DNA of 64,000 nucleotides, from NCBI GenBank assembly GCA_015493635.1, contig WGCU01000053.1, positions 813 to 64,812 on the forward strand, read 5' to 3'. A program made the translations under genes and the position numbers. Below are positions 29,093-37,037 of the stretch, piece by piece. Each line of letters begins with the position of its first letter. The first letter of the stretch is position 1. The DNA comes from Spirochaetaceae bacterium (lineage in GTDB: Bacteria > Spirochaetota > Spirochaetia > B11-G9). The notes beneath the pieces were generated by a model. It was given only the letters and a program-made list of their open reading frames with translations, had not been told where the DNA came from and made no database searches.

Positions 29093-29123
29093 TTACGGCT
29101 TTGCTTATTTTTAAAAGCCGTAA
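29093..29123 (-). promoter_or_regulatory. Hairpin in rpsB leader immediately 5' of the SD
   Basis: Perfect inverted repeat TTACGGCTTT (29093-29102) / AAAGCCGTAA (29114-29123). Confidence 0.55.
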
Positions 29124-29156
29124 TCCTTCTCTTATTCTCACCATTTGGTGGAAAAT

Positions 29157-29750
29157 TTACAGATTCCACAGTGTGAACTGCGGATTCTGCTCTGTTAACA
29201 TGCCATAAAACAGCCGTATTGGCAACCCCATAATGTTATAGTAAGAACCTGAAATAGATTCGATAAGGAGTGCTCCGTTCCCCTGAATACGGTATCCCCC
29301 TGCAACATCTTTCCATTCGTCTGTAGACAGGTACCAGGCAATTTCCTTATCACTGAGAGAAGCGAACGTTACATCAGAAAGTTCACTTTTCTGGGTATAC
29401 TTCAGGGTTTGTCCGTTGTAAAGAGTAAGCCCTGTAATAACCTGATGGGTTTTCCCGGAAAAGTCTTTCAGCATCTTTTCAGCATGGGCGGAATCTGAAG
29501 GTTTACCCATAATTGTATGATGAAATGAAATGCAAGTGTCTGCTCCAAGAATAAGGGATTCAGATAATTCAGGTTTTTCTTTCAGGAGGGCATCAATTTT
29601 CTCTTTTGAAAGGCGTATAACCTGCTCCTTGGGAGGATCATCAGTGAATTCCTCCTTCAGGGGAGAAGGGACAGCAGAAAAGGGGATAGAAAATTTTTTT
29701 AAAATTTCCATTCTCCGGGGGGATTGTGAAGCAAGAATAAGTTTTTGCAT
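29157..29750 (-). CDS. maf: Maf/YhdE-family nucleoside triphosphate pyrophosphatase
   Basis: [32 protein letters not shown]. Confidence 0.95.
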   Translation of the reverse strand: MQKLILASQSPRRMEILKKFSIPFSAVPSPLKEEFTDDPPKEQVIRLSKEKIDALLKEKPELSESLILGADTCISFHHTIMGKPSDSAHAEKMLKDFSGKTHQVITGLTLYNGQTLKYTQKSELSDVTFASLSDKEIAWYLSTDEWKDVAGGYRIQGNGALLIESISGSYYNIMGLPIRLFYGMLTEQNPQFTLWNL

Positions 29751-29754
29751 GATG

Positions 29755-30027
29755 CTACAGTCTCATAAAAATAAAAAATCCTGCTCCAATACCAAGAACA
29801 GTTCCCGGGTTAATACTCAGGTAAAATGCAATGACCTGAATATCAAACCCTATTCGGCCGGTGGTAAGAGAAATGTCAATGCCTTCCAGGAGAAGTATTT
29901 TAACCAGCAGTGCCCATGTAAATGCCCCTGCAACCGTTGTAAGGATAACAATAATAAGGAGCGGCCGGGTGTTTTTCTTTGTCAGTTTCATAGATGCAAG
30001 AATAAGGGAAAAAGAACGGTTCGACAA
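29755..30027 (-). CDS. Small two-TM membrane protein (DUF4321-like); start possibly ATG near 29992
   Basis: Two hydrophobic segments; directly upstream of maf in the same orientation. Confidence 0.55.
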   Translation of the reverse strand: MSNRSFSLILASMKLTKKNTRPLLIIVILTTVAGAFTWALLVKILLLEGIDISLTTGRIGFDIQVIAFYLSINPGTVLGIGAGFFIFMRL

Positions 30028-30127
30028 TAGTTGAATTGGTTCATCCGCTTTATGATCTGGATTTTTTGTTTTGGCAGTGATATATTCGCATTTGGTTTTA
30101 TATTGGAAATACTATGTAGGAGGATAT

Positions 30128-30919
30128 ATGAGTAACAAATTTGTAACAGTATTGTTGCTGTTGATAGCAAGTACTCTCCCCATTATGGCTCTTCCCGGTT
30201 CCTCGGGAAAGCTTGCGGGAACAGAAACGGCATATATTGACAGCAGTTATGCAAATATCGGGTTAATGGATACCACCGCAAATCTTTTTGAGGTTGTATC
30301 CATTAAATCAAACCTGTTATTTGACGGACTCGGGTTGTATAACATTGGAGTAAAGGCCGGATACCGGTTTGAAAGCATGATGAACCTTCGTCTGGCAGCG
30401 GGATATACCTGGTTTTTTTTAAATGAGAATCAGGTCTTGCTGAGTATTGTCAACAACCTTGCAGAAAGTTCCGGGATAACGGTAAACAGTATGGACCTCG
30501 GAATAAAGGGCCAGAAAGTGTATGCAGCGGCAATGCTACCTCTGTTCGGGTTTAATATCCATGCAAACTATGGGATGTATACTACCGATGCAAAGACATG
30601 GTTTTCAAAAGCAACTCTCGGTCTTGAAAAAACCTTTTTTAACAACCATCTTTCAGTGTTTGCCAACAGCGGTATGTATTTTAACCTGCCGGTATCTACG
30701 GCATCTACCGGAGCACAGTCAATCTACTATAACACCCTTGTAAGCAGTTTCTATGCGGATGGCGGCCTTCGGCTGTACATGGGGAACCACTTTAACCTTG
30801 AATTGGGAGCCATCTATCCCGGAATGAATATTCCTCTGGGGACGGACGCTGATACAGGGGAGAATAAAGTATTAAATCTACCGGTTATTCCCCTGTTTAA
30901 CATAGCATACAGATTGTAG
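30128..30919 (+). CDS. Secreted protein, candidate outer-membrane beta-barrel
   Basis: ATG 30128 preceded by AGGAGG; signal peptide; alternating hydrophobic/aromatic strands; C-terminal NIAYRL. Confidence 0.6.
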   Translation: MSNKFVTVLLLLIASTLPIMALPGSSGKLAGTETAYIDSSYANIGLMDTTANLFEVVSIKSNLLFDGLGLYNIGVKAGYRFESMMNLRLAAGYTWFFLNENQVLLSIVNNLAESSGITVNSMDLGIKGQKVYAAAMLPLFGFNIHANYGMYTTDAKTWFSKATLGLEKTFFNNHLSVFANSGMYFNLPVSTASTGAQSIYYNTLVSSFYADGGLRLYMGNHFNLELGAIYPGMNIPLGTDADTGENKVLNLPVIPLFNIAYRL

Positions 30920-30929
30920 GGAGGAGAGA

Positions 30930-31613
30930 ATGAAACATAATAAAAATATAAAATGGATGCTCCTGGCTCCTGTTGCGGCTTTTGTCCTTCTTGTTTCATC
31001 CTGCGGGCAGGCAGGATTTGATGTTACAATGAAACCTGCGGATGTAAAGGATATTGATCTTTCACTTTTGACTGGAAGTGGTTACACTATAAAGGTTGAA
31101 ACTTATGTGGAAACTGGTGATTTGGGGATTGATCTTTCAAAACTTGTCTATAATTATACATTGAAAAATAAAAGTTCCTCAAAAGATCTGAAGATCGAAG
31201 TAAGGTTATCACTGTTTGGTGAAGCAACATCAACTGATAATAACAAGATATCTATTCTGAATGATTCGACTGGTAACGGTTATGAAGATGAAGACAAGGC
31301 CTGGTTGGCTTCAACATACAAAGATACTGTTTCTCCCGAAGGGTATGGTTGGGTGTCAATGATTGGATCTTATACTGACCCCGTGTCTCTTGCTGCAGGT
31401 AGTACAATTCCAGATAAAACAGAAATAATTAATAACCAGGTAATTAATCAGGTAATGAAACAGAAGGGTGTCTGGATCGATGTGTATATCTCGCCTGATT
31501 TTTCAATTTTTACTTTCTCATCAAGTGATTTTATGGATTTAATAAATCAGTCCATCAAGGCTGTGGGGTCCAAACCTACCGGATATTTTCCCGGAGCTTT
31601 CGGGGGGCTGTAA
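30930..31613 (+). CDS. Lipoprotein of unknown function
   Basis: GGAGGAG RBS; signal peptide with VSSC lipobox; Ser/Thr/Asp-rich body. Confidence 0.7.
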   Translation: MKHNKNIKWMLLAPVAAFVLLVSSCGQAGFDVTMKPADVKDIDLSLLTGSGYTIKVETYVETGDLGIDLSKLVYNYTLKNKSSSKDLKIEVRLSLFGEATSTDNNKISILNDSTGNGYEDEDKAWLASTYKDTVSPEGYGWVSMIGSYTDPVSLAAGSTIPDKTEIINNQVINQVMKQKGVWIDVYISPDFSIFTFSSSDFMDLINQSIKAVGSKPTGYFPGAFGGL

Positions 31614-31622
31614 AATTATGAG

Positions 31623-31658
31623 CAGCCCTTTCTGAAAGACAAGCGGGAAGGGCTGTTT
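31623..31658. terminator. Terminator between convergent genes
   Basis: CAGCCCTT (31623-31630) / AAGGGCTG (31648-31655) followed by TTT. Confidence 0.55.
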
Positions 31659-31676
31659 GACCCTTTATGGGAATGT

Positions 31677-32024
31677 TTAGGTGAATTTAATAATCCCGAT
31701 AATGAGACTGGCAATGGTAACGGTAAATCCGAAGGACCATATCATGAAATGAAACATTTTGGTCTGCATATGTTCTATGCTTGCCTGCATATGTTCTATA
31801 CTTGCCTGCACCTGCTCAAAGCGTTTATCAACCTGCTCAAAGCGTTTATCCATCTGCAGAAAACCTTGTTTCATCAGTTCCCGTTGGTTTTTAAGTTCCT
31901 CCTCAACACGTACAATCCGTTCACCAAGTTCGAATGGATACCTGTTCGGAAGCCATTCCGATAGATGGCTTTGAACATATTCCCCTATGGATTCCATCTC
32001 TTCCTTTCTTAAAGCCATAGCCAT
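31677..32024 (-). CDS. Coiled-coil heptad-repeat protein with C-terminal TM anchor (DUF1640/Bdr-like architecture)
   Basis: AGGAGG RBS; repeats FEQVDKR x2, FEQVQAS, IEHMQAS, IEHMQTK, then a hydrophobic C-terminal helix. Confidence 0.75.
   Translation of the reverse strand: MAMALRKEEMESIGEYVQSHLSEWLPNRYPFELGERIVRVEEELKNQRELMKQGFLQMDKRFEQVDKRFEQVQASIEHMQASIEHMQTKMFHFMIWSFGFTVTIASLIIGIIKFT
31766..31856. repeat. In-frame 21-bp tandem repeats of two unit types
   Basis: TGCATATGTTCTAT(G/A)CTTGCC x2 followed by ACCTGCTCAAAGCGTTTATC(A/C) x2; each unit encodes one heptad. Confidence 0.85.
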
Positions 32025-32118
32025 ACCTTCCTCCTTTCATAATAATACACACTACCTTTACTAACAAGAGGGAGAGTGTTTTTGCTTTAAATTTGAAAAG
32101 AAAGAAATAGACATAAAA

Positions 32119-32153
32119 AAACGGTGTGCCTGGACGTTTTACGCACACCGTTT
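32119..32153 (-). terminator. Intrinsic terminator after the DUF115 gene
   Basis: AAACGGTGTGC (32119-32129) / GCACACCGTTT (32143-32153); A-run at 32115-32121 gives a U-tract on the minus strand. Confidence 0.75.
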
Positions 32154-32194
32154 AAGAATATATTTTTAAGACCAATATAATCAGTCTCTCTATA

Positions 32195-34021
32195 TTATAG
32201 TTCGGTGTAACGGGAAGATTCTTTATAGTTTTTTACAAATAATTTAAGCAGTTCCAGATGATAATCCGATGATTTTTTTATTTCACTATATAGATTTTTG
32301 GATGTCATGAGAGGGTTTACTCCACTGGCTTTCATAACATCTCTTAAAAGAGGCTGAATAAGGAATCCTGATATTTTTTTGCTCTTCATATTTATTATTT
32401 CACGGTCCAGGGAATCAAGAATGGATAGTGCTTTTTTATAAGGTAATCCTGAAGGGTTATTAAGATGGGAATTAATGGTTTCTATACTTTTCCCGGTCAG
32501 TGAGCTGAGTTTTTCCAGTTCGTCTATGAGAATATTTACTCCCTTGAGAAGATTTTCAGTTGTTTGATTTTTTACAGCTTCGGGAGGGGGAGACAGTGTT
32601 TCTAACAGTGTATTTATAGTATCCCTTTTTTGGGGAAAACAGAGTAGCTCTTCTACCGGTAAAAAGGGGATACCCTTTATTTTTACTCCCTTTGGTGAAA
32701 GGTTGCAGGTTGTTCGTTCCGGAGATTGTTCTATCCGTTCTTCAAACCATTGTTTGTAGACAATAAGACGTTGATCGGTAAGGGTCGTTCCTTTTTCGTT
32801 GTTTTCTGCGGGAAAAGGTTGTGCGCTGTGGAGGGCCGAAAATGCCTGTTGTGCTGCAGGATTAAGTCGTGAAGAGATGATATGTGCTCTTTCTTCAAAA
32901 AAACTTCCTTTATAATGAGTTTCCTTTTCGGGAAAGCCGAGATCAAGACCTGCACAGTATACCGGTGCGGAGCTTATGAGGTGGCAGAAATCCCATGCTG
33001 AGGTGGAAACAGATCCCCCTGCACCAAGACGTTTCCGGAATCCAGTGAATGTTTCCATAAACTGTCCTAATGGAAAGAGTGAGCCTGAAAGATACTGTAT
33101 ACGATGATTTTTCCTGAATACAGAAGGGTACGTGGAAGCTTCAGAAACAAGAATGGTTTTTGACATATCAATGCGGTCAACATGGCGCGTATTCCAGTAT
33201 TGGGGATCTATGACAATAAGAAAATCCGGTGTTATTCCATACTGTACAAGAGCTTCACTCACGGTATCGACAGCGACGATAACTAGTTTTTCCTTGAGTT
33301 CCTCCAGATAGGGAAGAATTGCGGTGAGTGACGGCCCGGCAGCAAGCAGAAGGACCGGAATAGGTGAAAAGAGATTTTCAAGGTCCTGCAAAGCTCCGGA
33401 TTCAGGTAGAATATTCATGTTATAAATAAGATTGCGTATCCAAATCTGGCCGAATCTTTTTAAAGTAGCTTCATTTACCTGTTTTCTTGCTGTATACCGG
33501 GAAATGTAACTTTCTGTTTCTTTATAGTATTCAGTATCTGCCATATAGAGTGTTCTGTTGCGAATAACAGCAATATCACCCGGATTGGTTTTTAAAAGGA
33601 TAGCAGCTAATACTTCCGCATTTTCTCCAATGAGGAGCGTCACCTGCTGAGAAGCCAGAAGAGCGGATAAATCCCGTATAGCAAGAGCTTGCTTAAAACG
33701 TTCAAGAGAAGGATCAATAATAATAATCTGAACTGTGGCCGATGCGAGTAAAACTTCTTCAGCATAATACCCCAGACCGAACCCTTCAATGACACAGGTT
33801 GTTACGCCTGGGACAAGATGGTGTTTCGTAATATTTTTTGCTTCTTTTACCGGATCTCTGCTGGAATGAATAAACTTTCCGTCAATCTGAGCTGTTATTT
33901 TCCCTGAAGCAGAAGGTGATACGGTCAGGTCTTTTTCCTCTGTTTGAATTTGAGTAAGTTTATTAAACAGCGGGGTATTTGAATATTGAATGATTGAGAT
34001 GTTATGGTCCAGATATTTCAT
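32195..34021 (-). CDS. Motility-associated factor (Maf/DUF115, MptE-like) putative flagellin glycosyltransferase
   Basis: IHSSRDP.KEA N-terminal region; LLAAGPSL, AVDT, D...IDPQ, GGSVST, GLDLGF motifs. Confidence 0.8.
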   Translation of the reverse strand: MKYLDHNISIIQYSNTPLFNKLTQIQTEEKDLTVSPSASGKITAQIDGKFIHSSRDPVKEAKNITKHHLVPGVTTCVIEGFGLGYYAEEVLLASATVQIIIIDPSLERFKQALAIRDLSALLASQQVTLLIGENAEVLAAILLKTNPGDIAVIRNRTLYMADTEYYKETESYISRYTARKQVNEATLKRFGQIWIRNLIYNMNILPESGALQDLENLFSPIPVLLLAAGPSLTAILPYLEELKEKLVIVAVDTVSEALVQYGITPDFLIVIDPQYWNTRHVDRIDMSKTILVSEASTYPSVFRKNHRIQYLSGSLFPLGQFMETFTGFRKRLGAGGSVSTSAWDFCHLISSAPVYCAGLDLGFPEKETHYKGSFFEERAHIISSRLNPAAQQAFSALHSAQPFPAENNEKGTTLTDQRLIVYKQWFEERIEQSPERTTCNLSPKGVKIKGIPFLPVEELLCFPQKRDTINTLLETLSPPPEAVKNQTTENLLKGVNILIDELEKLSSLTGKSIETINSHLNNPSGLPYKKALSILDSLDREIINMKSKKISGFLIQPLLRDVMKASGVNPLMTSKNLYSEIKKSSDYHLELLKLFVKNYKESSRYTEL

Positions 34022-35880
34022 TTCAAGTGTACTTTAATAGACATCCCTTTTGTTATTTTTGTACCGGGATCAGGATACTGAGACACTACCCATCCCTCAC
34101 CATCTATTTCGACAGAAACCCCCTCAAGTGAAAAAAGAGGAAGAAGCTGTTTTTTGGATAATCCTTTCAAATCGGGCAGCATCGTTCCAATAGCAAGTTT
34201 TTTAGGTAATGAAATTTTTACTTCTCCCGAGTGTTTTATAACCGTGTCAGTTGATTTTTTGATTCGCATTACCGGGATTAGTTTTTCTATCAGTTCTTTT
34301 ACAAGAGGAGCGGCGATCCTTCCGCCGTAATACTCCCGTCCCCGGGGGGTGTCGATGACAGTATAGATGATGACCCGGGGATTATCTGTCGGAAAAATTG
34401 CCATTGTTGAAGCTACAAACGCATCTTTGGAATATTTTCTCGTATGGGGATCTATTTTCTGTGCTGTTCCTGTTTTTGCTGATATCCTTAAACCATTAAT
34501 GCGGAGTCGCCGTGCTGTACCATAAGGCGATGTTGCTGTTTCCATATAGAGAAGCATTTCCTGTGCAACAGAAGGACTTATGACAGCCCTGACAGGCGTA
34601 CGGGTATATTCTTTTATCAGTTTCCCTTCGGGAGAAACAATCTTTTTTATAATGTGAGGCTTTAAAAGTGTTCCCCTGTTTGTAAGAACAGTTGCGGCGG
34701 TTATCATCTGAATAGCGGATACGGATATTTCCTGGCCGATTGCTATAGTGGGTTTTGTTCTTCCCGACCAGAGTTCCGGTTTTTTCAACAGTCCGAATGT
34801 TTCTCCCGGTAACGGTAGACCCGTTCTTTTCCCAAAACCGAAATCACTCAGTTTAAGATAAAAATCGATAGCAGAAACAGTATCAGATGCAAAAGCTGCT
34901 CCCACATTGGAGGAAAACTGGATGATCTTCTGGGGGGTGACATCACCATAAACACCAAGATCATGAATTGTGACCGTTTCATCCGGAAATACTTTCCTGT
35001 ATCCGCCGTTTGTAAAAAAGTGGCTGTTTGGTGTTATCCCGCCGATTTCCAGCATTGATGATATACTGAATATCTTGAAAACAGAACCCGGTTCATAGGC
35101 ATAGGTTACCGGACGATCATCTTTTTCACTTTTTGTGGCACGGGAAAAGGTATTCGGATCAAATTCCGGAATTGATGAGTAACCAAGAAGATCTCCGTTC
35201 CTGGCATCCATTACAAGAATCATGACATTATCGGCATTGTATTTTTTATACGCTTCTCTGGCAAGTTCTTCTGTAAAGTACTGTATTGCCAGATCTATGG
35301 TAAGGAAAACCTGGTTTCCATATATTACACCGTCAACAGCCCCGGTTTTGGGAGAAAGGATATCATTTAATGTCAATTCAAGTCCGGCGAGACCTATATT
35401 ATCTGTTCCCGTAAATCCTGTAATGTGTGCTGTCAATTCTTTTTCGGGATATGTCCGTCCGTATTCCGGTTCGAGTGAAATACCGGGAAGCATCCCCTGT
35501 GCAATGGGTATGGTGATTTTTTTACTTTCTGTAGGTGTGATTTTTCTTTTTATATATACAAAGCCTGAATGAGAATTAAGGGTAGCAAAAATATTTTTTT
35601 CCGAAAGATTAAGAACTCCGGCAAGGATCTGTGCTGTTTTCCTTTTATCCTTTACAGTTGGCATCCATGCGGTCACTGAATCCAATCTGGTTTGTATGGC
35701 AAGAATTCTGCCGTTTCTATCTAGTATAGGGCCTCGTTCTACAATCGGCTTCTGATGTTTAAAAGGCGAACCGGACGGAGGAGAAAAAATCATTATCTGA
35801 AAATACCGGAAAATGAGGAGGAATACAAAGATTAAGGTTAGAATTGCAAAAAAAATGAAACGTGTTTTTTTAACCGGCAT
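34018..35880 (-). CDS. Class B penicillin-binding protein (FtsI/PBP2-like transpeptidase)
   Basis: N-terminal TM, RGPILDRNG, EPGSVFK (SxxK), SSN (SxN), KTGT, C-terminal PASTA-like domain. Confidence 0.92.
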   Translation of the reverse strand: MPVKKTRFIFFAILTLIFVFLLIFRYFQIMIFSPPSGSPFKHQKPIVERGPILDRNGRILAIQTRLDSVTAWMPTVKDKRKTAQILAGVLNLSEKNIFATLNSHSGFVYIKRKITPTESKKITIPIAQGMLPGISLEPEYGRTYPEKELTAHITGFTGTDNIGLAGLELTLNDILSPKTGAVDGVIYGNQVFLTIDLAIQYFTEELAREAYKKYNADNVMILVMDARNGDLLGYSSIPEFDPNTFSRATKSEKDDRPVTYAYEPGSVFKIFSISSMLEIGGITPNSHFFTNGGYRKVFPDETVTIHDLGVYGDVTPQKIIQFSSNVGAAFASDTVSAIDFYLKLSDFGFGKRTGLPLPGETFGLLKKPELWSGRTKPTIAIGQEISVSAIQMITAATVLTNRGTLLKPHIIKKIVSPEGKLIKEYTRTPVRAVISPSVAQEMLLYMETATSPYGTARRLRINGLRISAKTGTAQKIDPHTRKYSKDAFVASTMAIFPTDNPRVIIYTVIDTPRGREYYGGRIAAPLVKELIEKLIPVMRIKKSTDTVIKHSGEVKISLPKKLAIGTMLPDLKGLSKKQLLPLFSLEGVSVEIDGEGWVVSQYPDPGTKITKGMSIKVHLK

Positions 35881-35953
35881 GTACTCCTCTATATCTTCTG
35901 GAATAATTTATAGTAATATGAAGCAGGGAAATTGTCGATATGTATAATACATT

Positions 35954-37036
35954 ATGAACACATCTAAGTATACAGCGAAAAAAATGAAATTAAGCAAAGC
36001 ACAAGAAACTCCGCAGCTCATGCTCATAAACAAGGTACAAAAACGCCAAAAGAAGGGAACTCATTATAAACTGTTTAAAACCCTTACACCTGCGAAACTT
36101 ATATCAGGAGGAGTTGTCCTTTTCTTTCTCCTTTCTGCCGTGGGCTATGATTGGTATCATAACTCATACGTTTCCCTTGATATTCCCCTGTCAGCACCGC
36201 GTACAGTTGTAAATGATTACCTTCTGTCATACGCAACGTTGTCGTTTGACGGGAAAGGGTCCGGTGATGCCGCGGCAATTGCCGGCGCGGGGACAGTGAT
36301 GCCGGTAGTGAAAACACTTTCCTATGTTATCAAACCGGGAGATACTCTTTCCGGTATTGCAAAAATCTATCACCTTGATGTTGGAACGCTTATCAGTTTT
36401 AACAAAATACCTGATGTGCGGCGGGTTATGGCCGGTACAACCCTTAAAATACCTGATATTGATGGTGTTCCCTATACCATAAAGCGCGGTGATACGCTTG
36501 AAAAAATTGCGAAACAGTATAATGTTCCCCTCAATTCAATTCTTGACGCAAATGATCTCGTCTCTGATATTCTAGACCCCGGGAAAAGCATCTTTATCCC
36601 CGGCGCGCGGATAAGCGATTACGAATATAAAAAAGCAACAGGGACGCTCTTTATCTATCCAACAAGGGGGAGACTTACGTCTCCTTTTGGAATTCGCACT
36701 GATCCCTTTACCGGTACACGAAGAATGCATTACGGAATTGATCTTGCAAACAGGATTGGTACGCCTGTGCGTGCTACCATGGCCGGGGTTGTCGTTGTTA
36801 TTGCTAATCATCCTCAGGGATATGGGAATTTTATCGTTATACGGCACGCAAGAGGTTATCAGTCTTTGTACGGGCATTTAAGCGCCATACTTGTCCACAA
36901 AGGGCAGCGGGTTGCTCAGGGGCAGAAAATTGGTCTTATGGGAACAACGGGAAGAAGTACAGGCCCGCATCTGCACTTCTCCATCTATAAGAATCATGTC
37001 CCGGTTAATCCGCTTGCAGGATATCTTTACCGGTAA
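35954..37036 (+). CDS. LysM-repeat M23 peptidoglycan endopeptidase
   Basis: TM anchor, two LysM domains (Y.IK.GDTL), HYGID, YGHL, HLHF zinc motifs. Confidence 0.92.
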   Translation: MNTSKYTAKKMKLSKAQETPQLMLINKVQKRQKKGTHYKLFKTLTPAKLISGGVVLFFLLSAVGYDWYHNSYVSLDIPLSAPRTVVNDYLLSYATLSFDGKGSGDAAAIAGAGTVMPVVKTLSYVIKPGDTLSGIAKIYHLDVGTLISFNKIPDVRRVMAGTTLKIPDIDGVPYTIKRGDTLEKIAKQYNVPLNSILDANDLVSDILDPGKSIFIPGARISDYEYKKATGTLFIYPTRGRLTSPFGIRTDPFTGTRRMHYGIDLANRIGTPVRATMAGVVVVIANHPQGYGNFIVIRHARGYQSLYGHLSAILVHKGQRVAQGQKIGLMGTTGRSTGPHLHFSIYKNHVPVNPLAGYLYR

Positions 37037-37037
37037 T

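Noticed and set aside
29530-30030. 166-aa plus-strand ORF and the many other 60-150 aa opposite-strand ORFs in the track
   Set aside because: They lie antisense to or inside well-supported genes, lack RBS and recognisable motifs, and are treated as shadow ORFs.
31766-31856. CRISPR-like array
   Set aside because: The 21-bp units are contiguous with no unique spacers, are in frame inside a CDS, and there are no cas genes.
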